This document shows positions 48,317 to 56,958 of a stretch of 64,000 bases of DNA, piece after piece. Source of the DNA: Candidatus Dormiibacterota bacterium (lineage in GTDB: Bacteria; Chloroflexota; Dormibacteria; CF-121). Positions within the stretch are counted from its first letter, which is position 1. Each line of letters begins with the position of its first letter. The translations under genes and the position numbers were made by a program. The stretch covers positions 154,685 to 218,684 of the forward strand of contig DASZZN010000012.1 of the NCBI GenBank assembly GCA_035544955.1, in the 5' to 3' direction. A model generated the notes under the pieces. The model made no database searches, was not told where the DNA came from, and worked only from the letters and a program-made list of their open reading frames with translations.

Positions 48317-48922
48317 ATGGGTAAAAAGCAAGACATGCCACCTCAGCACCGATCACCCGACCAGCCGGAGCCAGGCGGGCAGAATAGCCACCCTGGCGTC
48401 GTCGACTCCAGGGCCAGCTCAGCGGTCGATGCCGAGCAGGCGGTCCCGCAGTCCGTTGATCCCGAGCTCCAGGCGGCGCGCGACGAGGCGCAGGCGAACT
48501 TCGCCCGCTATCAGCGGCTCGCCGCCGACTTCGAGAACTACAAGCGCCGCACCCGGGTGGAGCTGGCCGACCGCACGCAGTATGCCAACGAGGAACTGCT
48601 GCGCAAGCTGCTGCCCATCCTCGACAATCTCCGTCGCGCGTTGGACCATGCGCCCGAAGGAAGCGACCGCAACTGGTTCGACGGCCTCCGCATGGTCGTG
48701 CGCCAGTTCGAGGACACCTTGCAGGCGCAGGGCGTTTCGCCCATACCGGCCGTCGGCGAAAAGTTCGATCCGTCGAAGCACGAGGCGATTGCCCGCGAGG
48801 AGACCGACGAGCACGAAGAAGGCACGATCGTCGAGGAAATGCAGCCCGGTTACCGGCTCCACGAGCGGGTCCTCCGGCCGACGCTGGTCAAGGTTGCTCA
48901 CCCTCGCGCGTTAAAGTCCTAG
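48317..48922 (+). CDS. grpE: nucleotide exchange factor GrpE
   Basis: GrpE coiled-coil and beta-sheet domain (FENYKRRT ... EVGEKFDPSKHEAI). Confidence 0.85.
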   Translation: MGKKQDMPPQHRSPDQPEPGGQNSHPGVVDSRASSAVDAEQAVPQSVDPELQAARDEAQANFARYQRLAADFENYKRRTRVELADRTQYANEELLRKLLPILDNLRRALDHAPEGSDRNWFDGLRMVVRQFEDTLQAQGVSPIPAVGEKFDPSKHEAIAREETDEHEEGTIVEEMQPGYRLHERVLRPTLVKVAHPRALKS

Positions 48923-48931
48923 TACTCGTCT

Positions 48932-50053
48932 ATGGCGATCAAGCGGGATTACTACGAGGTCCTCGGCGTTTCTCGGACTGCCAGCGCCGAAGAGCTGAAG
49001 CGCGCCTATCGGAAGCTGGCGCTCCAGTTCCACCCCGACCGCAATCCCAACGACCCGCAGTCCGAAGCCCGCTTCAAGGAGGTCAACGAGGCCTACGAGG
49101 TCCTCAGCGACCAGGCCAAGCGTCAGCGCTATGACAGCTTCGGCCACGCCGGCACCCAGGGCATGCCGGGCTTCGATTTCGGGGGTGCCGGCTTCGGCGG
49201 CATCAACGATATCTTCGACATGTTCTTTGGCGCTGCGGCCGGCGGACGTGCGCGCAGTGGACCGCGCCGTGGCGATGATCTTCGTCTCGACCTGCGGCTG
49301 ACCTTCGAGGAGGCGGTCTTCGGCGTCGAGCGCGAGCTGACCATTCCGCGGGCCGAGCCGTGCGAGGCCTGCAACGGAAGTGGCGCCGAGGCGGGCACCT
49401 CGCCACAGACCTGCCCGCAATGCCGCGGCGCCGGCCAGGTACGGCGCGCTACCCAGTCGATCTTCGGGCAGATCGTCAACGTCGCCGCCTGCCCCCGCTG
49501 CAACGGCGAGGGCAAGGTGATCGAGAAGCCCTGCCGGGCCTGCGGAGGCAGCGGACACCGGCCCGGGGAAAAGAAGGTTCGCGTGAACATTCCAGCGGGC
49601 GTCGACAGCGGCTCGCAGATCCGGCTGACCGGTGAAGGCCAGGTTGGCCCGCGCGGTGGCGGCCCGGGTGACCTGTACATCGTCATCCAGGTCAAACCCC
49701 ATGCGGTGTTGAAGCGGAACGGCACCGATGTCGTCTACGAGCTGCCCTTGAGCGTGGCGCAGGCCGCGCTGGGCGACACGGTCGAAATCCCGACCGTAGA
49801 CGGGCCGGAGCGCATCGAGATTCCGCCCGGCACGCAGTACGGGAAGACGATCCGAATCCATGGCCGCGGCGTCCCACACGTGCGCACGGGACGTCGCGGT
49901 GATCAGTTGGTCTTTGTGCGGGTGGTCATTCCCACCAACTTGACCGAGGAACAGAAGCAGGCACTACGCCAGCTGGGCGGTGTCAGCGGCAAGCCGCAAC
50001 ACATCGAGAAGGGCTTTTTCGACAAGTTCAAGCACGTCATCGGTCTCGAGTAG
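48932..50053 (+). CDS. dnaJ: molecular chaperone DnaJ
   Basis: J-domain (DYYEVLGV ... HPDRN), G/F region and four CxxCxGxG zinc-finger repeats. Confidence 0.9.
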   Translation: MAIKRDYYEVLGVSRTASAEELKRAYRKLALQFHPDRNPNDPQSEARFKEVNEAYEVLSDQAKRQRYDSFGHAGTQGMPGFDFGGAGFGGINDIFDMFFGAAAGGRARSGPRRGDDLRLDLRLTFEEAVFGVERELTIPRAEPCEACNGSGAEAGTSPQTCPQCRGAGQVRRATQSIFGQIVNVAACPRCNGEGKVIEKPCRACGGSGHRPGEKKVRVNIPAGVDSGSQIRLTGEGQVGPRGGGPGDLYIVIQVKPHAVLKRNGTDVVYELPLSVAQAALGDTVEIPTVDGPERIEIPPGTQYGKTIRIHGRGVPHVRTGRRGDQLVFVRVVIPTNLTEEQKQALRQLGGVSGKPQHIEKGFFDKFKHVIGLE

Positions 50054-50080
50054 CGAAAGCGAGACCCTTAGACTAGCCCG

Positions 50081-50278
50081 GTGTCGACCGCGTTTCGTAT
50101 TGCCCTGTTGATCGCCGTGGCCGGCATCGCGCTCGCGCTCCTGCTCGGCCCAGCCTGGCGCGGCAGTTTTTACCGGAGCTGGCTGCGGCCGCGACTGGTG
50201 GCGGTTGGGGTGTTGCTCGTCCTGGTGGCTGCGAGCGAGTATCTCTTTCGCGTCATCACGGCCATCAGGAGCCGCTGA
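50081..50278 (+). CDS. small hypothetical membrane protein
   Basis: 65 aa with two TM helices. Supported only by ORF position between dnaJ and the ferredoxin gene. Confidence 0.3.
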   Translation: MSTAFRIALLIAVAGIALALLLGPAWRGSFYRSWLRPRLVAVGVLLVLVAASEYLFRVITAIRSR

Positions 50279-50544
50279 TGGCGCGCACCTTCCACGTCAC
50301 CTTCGTGAGAAGCGGGACGACGGTCGACGTGGCCGAGAACGAAGGCATTCTTGGAGCCGGGCTGCGGGCCGGTCTCCCGCTCGCCTACGACTGCCGGAAA
50401 GGCCGCTGCAAGACCTGCATGGTCAAGGTCGATGGCATCATCGACCAGACCGAGGCGTGGTTGATCAGCAACGAGGAGCTTGCCGAGGGCTACGCGCTCA
50501 TCTGTGTCGCTAAGCCTCGAAGCGACCTTCGCATCCACGCCTGA
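50278..50544 (+). CDS. 2Fe-2S ferredoxin (plant/adrenodoxin-like)
   Basis: 88 aa with a C-x4-C-x2-C ... C pattern (CRKGRCKTC ... C). Confidence 0.7.
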   Translation: MARTFHVTFVRSGTTVDVAENEGILGAGLRAGLPLAYDCRKGRCKTCMVKVDGIIDQTEAWLISNEELAEGYALICVAKPRSDLRIHA

Positions 50545-51728
50545 TGCGCTTCACCATCATCGATCTCCTCATCCTGGTGGCGCTCGTCTTCGCCATCGCC
50601 AGTGGCTATCGTCGCGGCTTCTGGCTCTCGCTGGCGCAATATGCCGGCCTCGTGATCGGCGTCGTCATCGGCGCCGCCCTGGCGCCGCTCCTGATGGACG
50701 CGCTGAACATCACCGATTCGACGGTGAAGTCGGTGGGGGCGGTGCTGGTCCTGATCGTGCTCGGCGCTATCGGCAGCAGCGTCGGCTACTGGGTCGGCGA
50801 GCCGATCCGACTTCGACTGTTGGCGCACCCAGAAAGTGGCCGGATCGACAGCTACGCCGGCGCCGCCTTCTCCGCGGTTGCGCTGCTCTCCGTGTCCTGG
50901 TTCCTCGGACTGAGCCTCAAGGGCGGTCCCACCCCCCAGGTGGCGAGCGCCATTCAGCGTTCCGCCATCCTGCGGACTCTGGATTCCGTGTTTCCCAAGC
51001 CGCCCGCTTTCCTGGCGCGCGTCGAGACGATCGTATCCGGGGTCAACTTTTCGGCCGCATTTGCCGGGCTGGAGCCGATTGCCCCATCCCCCCTGCCGCT
51101 GCCCGCCTCCGTCAACACGGCCGGCATCAAGGCTGCGGCTTCGGAAACCCTGAGGATCCGGGGCCTCGGCTGCGGCGGCATTGTCTACGGCAGTGGTTTT
51201 CCGGTCGGTCCCGGTTTGGTGTTGACGAACGCCCACGTGGTGGCGGGGACCCAGCACACCAAGGTGCAGGGTCCCACGACGGGGACGCTCCTCGATGCGC
51301 GGGTCGTCGTCTTCGACCCCGAGCGCGACGTGGCGATCCTCTATGTGCCGCGGCTGGCGCTGGCGCCCATCAACGAGGCTGCCGCGCGGCCGGGCACCCA
51401 GGGGGCCGCGATCGGCTACCCGGGTGGCGGCGACGAGAAGGTGAGTCCCGCCGTGGTCAACGGTGAGGTGCAGGCGGAGGGCCGCGATATCTACGGACAA
51501 AATCTCGTCGTGCGGCACATCTGGATCGTGCAGGCCGACGTGCTCCCAGGCAATTCGGGCGGCCCGTTGGTCGATATCGATGGCAACGTCGTTGGTGTCA
51601 TCTTCGCCGCCTCCACCAGCCAGCAGGGGACGGCATACGCCCTGACCGATGCCGAGGTGCAACCCGATATCGACCAGGCCCAGGGACGGACCGAGCCCGT
51701 TTCGTCGGTCGGCCCCTGCGCGATGTAG
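50544..51728 (+). CDS. MarP-like membrane serine protease (CvpA-like 4-TM N-domain fused to a trypsin-like domain)
   Basis: N-terminal CvpA-like TM region. C-terminal chymotrypsin-fold motifs (TNAHVV, DVAIL, GNSGGPL). Confidence 0.75.
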   Translation: MRFTIIDLLILVALVFAIASGYRRGFWLSLAQYAGLVIGVVIGAALAPLLMDALNITDSTVKSVGAVLVLIVLGAIGSSVGYWVGEPIRLRLLAHPESGRIDSYAGAAFSAVALLSVSWFLGLSLKGGPTPQVASAIQRSAILRTLDSVFPKPPAFLARVETIVSGVNFSAAFAGLEPIAPSPLPLPASVNTAGIKAAASETLRIRGLGCGGIVYGSGFPVGPGLVLTNAHVVAGTQHTKVQGPTTGTLLDARVVVFDPERDVAILYVPRLALAPINEAAARPGTQGAAIGYPGGGDEKVSPAVVNGEVQAEGRDIYGQNLVVRHIWIVQADVLPGNSGGPLVDIDGNVVGVIFAASTSQQGTAYALTDAEVQPDIDQAQGRTEPVSSVGPCAM

Positions 51729-51756
51729 CCGGACGGCGACCCGCTACGTCGAGCGC

Positions 51757-52686
51757 CTAAGTTAGCGCAAAAATTCCCCAACTGCCGCTCCACGATTCGC
51801 CGGGCTGGAGAATGATCAGGCCGTCGCCGCTGCGGAAGGCGTTCGGAGCACACGTCATGGGTTCGATGGCAATGCTGTGCCTCCGCCGAGCCCGGTCCGG
51901 GATCGCGTCCGGCGTGTAGACCATCAGAAACTTGTAGGCCGGGTCCATCCAGAGCGTGATCCGGGGGTCGCCCGCCGGAGCCTGGAGGTGAACCCGGATC
52001 AGTCCATCGCTGTCCGCAACCAGGTTGGCGAAAGCCGTATCCATCCTCAAGGCCCCGATCGCCCGCAGTTCCAGGAAGTCGTACGCCGTCCCGCCATTCG
52101 GGAGCACGCGTCCCGTCGGGATGAGCCGGTCGTTCAATTCGAGCCGCATCAGCGCCGGCATCTTCAGTAGCGCCTGGTCGATCAGGGTCCCGACCGTGAA
52201 GTAGGGATGGTGTCCGGCACCGTAGGGGGCGGCCTGCTGTCCGACGTTGGTCGCGGTGGTCCGGATGGCAAGGCCGCCGGCCGAAAGGCGGTAATCGACG
52301 TCGAGGCGGAGCGTGAACGGATACCCATCCTGCGGATGGAGGACGAGCGAGATCAGCACCCGGTCCCCGGTCTGTTCGACGGCGGTCCAGTTCAGCCAGC
52401 GGGTCAGGCCGTGCAGGGCGTTGTGCCGCGCCGGCTCGGAGATCGGCGTCTGGTGCATCCGGCCGGCAAATTCGTACTGGCCATCCTCGATCCGGCTGGG
52501 CCAAGGGAGCAGAACCTGCCCACGACCGATGGTGGCCATTTCGTTCTCCGGAAAACCGTCCACGACATCACGGTCGCCGACCGTGTAGGCACGGAGCCCG
52601 GCTCCCACTTCGGTCACGACCGCGCGCTGATCGCCGGAAGTCAGGATAAACTGCTGCCCAGAGGGTGGAATGGCGGACACTGCCAC
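51757..52686 (-). CDS. aldose 1-epimerase-family protein (galactose mutarotase-like)
   Basis: 309 aa with mutarotase-like motifs (HNALHG, GHHPYF). Confidence 0.7.
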   Translation of the reverse strand: MAVSAIPPSGQQFILTSGDQRAVVTEVGAGLRAYTVGDRDVVDGFPENEMATIGRGQVLLPWPSRIEDGQYEFAGRMHQTPISEPARHNALHGLTRWLNWTAVEQTGDRVLISLVLHPQDGYPFTLRLDVDYRLSAGGLAIRTTATNVGQQAAPYGAGHHPYFTVGTLIDQALLKMPALMRLELNDRLIPTGRVLPNGGTAYDFLELRAIGALRMDTAFANLVADSDGLIRVHLQAPAGDPRITLWMDPAYKFLMVYTPDAIPDRARRRHSIAIEPMTCAPNAFRSGDGLIILQPGESWSGSWGIFALT

Positions 52687-52786
52687 CGGATAATAGGATG
52701 GTGGCGCGCCTCAAGCTCTCGCTCTCTGCCGGCGGCTGGGTGATCGCCCGCCAGCACGCGCCCGTGGATAGTGACGGTAATGTCCG

Positions 52787-53422
52787 CTGGTCGCACGGGT
52801 TGCTTCCATAGCCGAGCCGGCGCTGCTCGCGGAAGACACCGTCGACGCGGACCCACTGAAGCAATTCGCCGCGTGGTTCGCTGACGCGGTCGCGGCCGGC
52901 GAGATCCTTCCCGAGGCCATGACGCTCGCCACCAGCACGCGATCGGGTGAGCCTTCGGCGCGCATGGTGCTCCTCCGAGGTGTTGACGAGCGAGGCTTTG
53001 GCTTCTTCACCAACTACGACAGCCAGAAGGGGCGCGAGCTGGCCGAGAACCCGCGGGCGGCGCTGGTCGTCTACTGGCCGAAGCTGGGGCGGCAGGTGCG
53101 CGTCGCGGGCCCCGTCGCCAAGCAGTCGGCCGAGGAATCGACGGCCTACTTCCACAACCGCCCGCTGGCGAGCCAGCTGAGTGCCCTGGCGTCGCCGCAG
53201 AGCCAGGTGATTCCGAACCGGATCGTCCTGGACGATTCGGTTGCAGCCCTGAGCAAGCGGTATAAAGACGGTCCCGTGCCTTTGCCGCAGAACTGGGGTG
53301 GATACAGGGTCATTCCGCAATCGATCGAGTTCTGGCTGCACCGCGAGAACCGCCTGCACGATCGCATTCGCTACTCGCGGCAAGCGACAGGTAGCTGGCG
53401 AATCGAACGGCTCGCCCCCTAA
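52787..53422 (+). CDS. pdxH: pyridoxamine 5'-phosphate oxidase
   Basis: C-terminus WGGYRVIPQSIEFWLHRENRLHDRIRY...RLAP is diagnostic. The conserved N-terminal region (DPLKQFAAWF...) lies upstream of the first ATG (52919). Between the in-frame stop at 52778 and 52919 there is no ATG, GTG or TTG, only CTG at 52787. The start is therefore unresolved. Confidence 0.6.
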   Translation: MVARVASIAEPALLAEDTVDADPLKQFAAWFADAVAAGEILPEAMTLATSTRSGEPSARMVLLRGVDERGFGFFTNYDSQKGRELAENPRAALVVYWPKLGRQVRVAGPVAKQSAEESTAYFHNRPLASQLSALASPQSQVIPNRIVLDDSVAALSKRYKDGPVPLPQNWGGYRVIPQSIEFWLHRENRLHDRIRYSRQATGSWRIERLAP

Positions 53423-53460
53423 AAACGACGGAGCCCCGGTGAGTGCACCGGGGCTCTTGA
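53423..53460 (-). terminator. intrinsic terminator between convergent pdxH and a secreted-protein gene
   Basis: GAGCCCCGGTG-AGTGC-ACCGGGGCTC hairpin. The T-run (TTTTT) is on the minus-strand side only. Confidence 0.55.
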
Positions 53461-53472
53461 GGAAGGAGGGGG

Positions 53473-54066
53473 TTACTTGTTGCGGTAGGCGATGGTCGCG
53501 GCGTCGAAGTTGTGGCTCGCGTCGTAGGTGCCCGCTCCGCTCAGCCGCATCCCGGCCTTGATGTCGTTGAGCGAACCGGCTTTGCGCTGATGCTTCCCGA
53601 GGATTTCGAAATACTTCGTGCTGTTGTTGACGGTCAGCTTGACGTCCTTGCCGTCGCGAGTGCGAATCGTGATCACGTTGCCGGTGACGTTTTCGACTTT
53701 CCCGGCGAGGTGCGCGCGGCCGATGCGAATCCGCTTCGCGTAAAGCTTGCCATCATGCGCTTCGAACCGAACGGCGACGTGGCTGTTGACTTCGATCTCA
53801 GACCAGTGTGCGGTCCGGCCAGCGATGATCACCACCGTCTTATCCGTGGAGAGGAACGTCTTGCTGCCTGCCTTCGCATTCTTCACGGTCAGCTGTGTCG
53901 CACTGATCGCGGTGACCGTCCCGCCGAACACGTCCTTCGCTGCCGGCCGCTGTGCCTTGGCCGGGTTCGCCGCCGCTGTTGCCGCCGGCGCCGCCATGGC
54001 GCCCGTGGCCAGCACGGCCGCCAAAATGCCCGCTGTCGCGATTCCTGCGAATACCTTGCCGATCAT
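53473..54066 (-). CDS. hypothetical secreted protein
   Basis: 197 aa with a signal peptide (MIGKVFAGIATAGILAAVLATGAMA). No LPXTG or other recognisable domain. Confidence 0.5.
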   Translation of the reverse strand: MIGKVFAGIATAGILAAVLATGAMAAPAATAAANPAKAQRPAAKDVFGGTVTAISATQLTVKNAKAGSKTFLSTDKTVVIIAGRTAHWSEIEVNSHVAVRFEAHDGKLYAKRIRIGRAHLAGKVENVTGNVITIRTRDGKDVKLTVNNSTKYFEILGKHQRKAGSLNDIKAGMRLSGAGTYDASHNFDAATIAYRNK

Positions 54067-54305
54067 TTCTAAAACGCCTCCTGTGTTTTCGACGATTTCG
54101 ATAGGGCCAGTGTCGCGCCGCCGGATGAGACCGTCGGCGGCACCTGCTGAGACAGCGCTGAGAGCCTCTTTCGAGCCTGATCTTCACGGTTATTAGCCGG
54201 CTCGCGACCATTCCCGGGCCCCGATTTGACAGTCGGGTTAACGTCCGCGAAAGGTCGAACTCCTGTTAGGTCCGCCGTAGCCTTGCGACCGTATCGTCGA
54301 CCGTA

Positions 54306-55484
54306 ATGGGTTCGGCTGTCACCTTTCACCTCGCCGAGCCGGACTTGCCAGTTGAAGACCTGCTGAGTGCTCTCGCGGGCCGCGACTACGGTCCCATTAC
54401 CGAGCTGCTGAACGACGACACCATCAGCGAGATCATGGTCAACGGGCCGAACCAGGTGTACGTCGAGCGCAAGGGTCAGCTCAGCCCGGTGGACGTCCAG
54501 TTCGCCAGCGACGCCGAGCTGATCCGGGTGATTCGCGAGATCGCCGCCTTCGTCGGGCGCCGGATCGACGAGGAGTCACCGATGGTCGACTGCCGCCTCC
54601 CGGACGGCTCGCGGGTCAACGCCATCATTCCGCCCCTGGCCATCGACGGCGCGTCGCTGACCATTCGAAAGTTCGCGCGGGATCCGTACACGGTCCAGGA
54701 CCTGATCAATTTCGGCTCGCTCACGGCAGAGGCGGCGGGCTTTCTGGAAGCCTGCGTGAAGGCTCACTTCAACATCCTGGTGGCCGGCGGCACCGGCTCG
54801 GGCAAGACCACGACGCTGAACGTCCTGTCGTCATTCATCCCGGACACCGAACGGGTGGTCACCATCGAGGATGCCGCGGAGCTCCAGCTCCGCCAGCCCC
54901 ACAAGGTCCGTCTCGAGTCGCGGCCGGCGCGGGCCGACGGCACCGGACGCGTCAGTATCCGGGAACTCGTCGTCAACGCGCTCCGCATGCGGCCGGACCG
55001 GATCGTGATCGGGGAGTGCCGCAGCGGCGAGGCGCTCGACATGCTGCAAGCGATGAACACCGGGCACGACGGCTCGCTGACGACCATCCATGCCAACTCG
55101 CCGCGCGACACGCTGGCCCGGCTGGAAACGCTGGTCCTCATGTCCGGCGTCGACCTGCCACAGCGAGCCATCCGCGAGCAGATCGCCTCGGCGATCCACC
55201 TGATCGTCCAGCAGTCACGACTGCGCGACGGATCACGCCGCATCATGAACATCACCGAGATCGTCGGTCGCGAGGGCGACACGATCACGCTGCAGGATGT
55301 CTTCCTCTTCGAGGAAACGGGTGTCGATGGAAACGGAAAGATCCAGGGCAAGCTCAGCCCGACGGGGATCCGTCCGACCGCCATGGCCAAGATCTATTCC
55401 AAGAAGGTGGCGCTCACGCCAGCGCTGGCCGCCCTCTATCCCGATCGCAAAGCGCCGGACTTCACACTGGGGGTGCGTCGATGA
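54306..55484 (+). CDS. CpaF/TadA-family secretion ATPase (VirB11-like)
   Basis: Walker A GGTGSGKTT, Asp/His boxes and a CpaF-like N-domain. 392 aa, so the N-terminus is short relative to typical CpaF. Confidence 0.8.
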   Translation: MGSAVTFHLAEPDLPVEDLLSALAGRDYGPITELLNDDTISEIMVNGPNQVYVERKGQLSPVDVQFASDAELIRVIREIAAFVGRRIDEESPMVDCRLPDGSRVNAIIPPLAIDGASLTIRKFARDPYTVQDLINFGSLTAEAAGFLEACVKAHFNILVAGGTGSGKTTTLNVLSSFIPDTERVVTIEDAAELQLRQPHKVRLESRPARADGTGRVSIRELVVNALRMRPDRIVIGECRSGEALDMLQAMNTGHDGSLTTIHANSPRDTLARLETLVLMSGVDLPQRAIREQIASAIHLIVQQSRLRDGSRRIMNITEIVGREGDTITLQDVFLFEETGVDGNGKIQGKLSPTGIRPTAMAKIYSKKVALTPALAALYPDRKAPDFTLGVRR

Positions 55485-55780
55485 AACTTGTACAACCGGA
55501 GCCGATCGACACGGAGATCGTGCGCGACATCGCGGCCGATATGCGGGGCGAGCTCGACCGGGTCCAGGAGCAGATGGCCGAACTGACCCGCGAGCACCAG
55601 CGAGCGCAGGCGCTCAAGCAGATCTTTGGGACAGACCCGCTCACACGCGATCGCTTCAACCACCTGCATGCCAACATCGACCAGTACCCTGGAAAGATGG
55701 CCGAGCTGCAGGAGGAAGAGCGGCTGCTGACGCGCTGGCTCGACCGCTGCCGCGACTTGCTCGAGAGAAAGGCCGCCTAG
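55481..55780 (+). CDS. small hypothetical coiled-coil protein
   Basis: 99 aa, charged and helical. ATG overlaps the cpaF-like stop (ATGA). Confidence 0.4.
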   Translation: MKLVQPEPIDTEIVRDIAADMRGELDRVQEQMAELTREHQRAQALKQIFGTDPLTRDRFNHLHANIDQYPGKMAELQEEERLLTRWLDRCRDLLERKAA

Positions 55781-55789
55781 CTCAGTCGA

Positions 55790-56479
55790 CTAGATCTCGA
55801 CCGCGCGGACGATGAAGTCGCGGGTGCCGTCCCAGGTCCAGCACGTCTGCAGCGTCAGGGACGAGCTTGGGGTCGCGCCCAGCGGCCACATCTGCGTATT
55901 AGCCACGATGGTCGTCGAGCTGACCCGGTAGGTGTGGACTCGGCCCGACGGATCGCCGTAGAGAACGATATCGCCGGCGTGCAGCCCCAGGATCGGCGTG
56001 AAGACTCCCGGATTGTGCGCCATCACGTAGATGTTGTTGGCTCCGGCGCAACTCCAGCGCCAGGTGCCCCACCGCGGAACCGGCGCCCGTCCCAGGCAGT
56101 CGCTGTACCAACCGACGGGTTGGCTGAGACCGAGCCGCGGAATGACGATGGTGTTGGCCCGGGCGACCGGCGCCGGCCGGGGCTTAGGCGCAGGCGGCGC
56201 GACGGGCTGGATGGCACTTGCGACTGGCGCCGCAACCAGCGGCATCGGGCTGGCGGCCGCCGTGGCCAGCACTTGCAACGCGGCCAGGGCTTGCTCCTCC
56301 TTGAGCTCCTGCTTGAGCAGCCCACGGTGCGCTGCGTCACTTGAGGCGCGCTGGACAGGATTGGCGGCCGCCGCCATGGTGATCGGAGCGGGGTGTGACG
56401 TGAGGAGCGGAAAGCTCAGGAGCCAGACAGCGACGCCGCCGAGCAGGGGGGCGCGCCAGCGGCGCAAAAGAGCGGCCAT
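55790..56479 (-). CDS. sortase-family transpeptidase
   Basis: N-terminal TM anchor. Catalytic His (VMAHN), Cys (TLQTCW) and Arg (DFIVRA) in sortase order. Confidence 0.65.
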   Translation of the reverse strand: MAALLRRWRAPLLGGVAVWLLSFPLLTSHPAPITMAAAANPVQRASSDAAHRGLLKQELKEEQALAALQVLATAAASPMPLVAAPVASAIQPVAPPAPKPRPAPVARANTIVIPRLGLSQPVGWYSDCLGRAPVPRWGTWRWSCAGANNIYVMAHNPGVFTPILGLHAGDIVLYGDPSGRVHTYRVSSTTIVANTQMWPLGATPSSSLTLQTCWTWDGTRDFIVRAVEI

Positions 56480-56565
56480 GGGTCGGGCAACGCGCGCGCG
56501 GCGCCTAGGTTTGCGCCGTTTACATGATCGTCACGCGCCGGTCAGACACGGAGAGTGACGGCGAG

Positions 56566-56958
56566 TTACGCGATCTTCGCCTGGGCCTGTGCCGGACCGA
56601 CGTAGCGCTCGACCAGCGCGATCAGCTCGTCGAGCTCATACGGCTTGGTGAGGCATTCGGCACACCCCGCCGCGATCGCGGTCTCCCGGTCACCCACCAT
56701 GGCGTGGGCGGTGATCGCCACCACAGGGATGTGCGCCAGCGTCGGGTCCGCCTTGAGCGCCCGGGTGGCCTCCCAGCCGTTCATCTCCGGGAGGGAGAGG
56801 TCCATGAGGATCAGCGCAGGCTTGAGCACCCCCGCCATCGCCACGGCTTCACGGCCGTTGCGCGCGAGCTCGCTGCGGAAGCCGCGCGAGCGCAGGATCT
56901 TGAGCGCCATCTTTTGCATTGTCGCGTCGTCTTCGACCACGAGGATCAGTTGGTTCAT
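56566..56958 (-). CDS. single-domain response regulator (REC only)
   Basis: LILVVEDD and [12 protein letters not shown] motifs with the conserved K (TKP). Confidence 0.8.
   Translation of the reverse strand: MNQLILVVEDDATMQKMALKILRSRGFRSELARNGREAVAMAGVLKPALILMDLSLPEMNGWEATRALKADPTLAHIPVVAITAHAMVGDRETAIAAGCAECLTKPYELDELIALVERYVGPAQAQAKIA

Noticed and set aside
47164-48336. 390 aa minus-strand ORF antisense to hrcA
   Set aside because: It lies opposite the unmistakable HrcA gene and has no motifs. Its 3' end happens to run through the selenoprotein TGA region in another frame.
50490-51662. 390 aa minus-strand ORF antisense to the MarP-like protease gene
   Set aside because: His/Asp/Gly-rich low-complexity translation. 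The plus-strand protease has clear catalytic-triad motifs.
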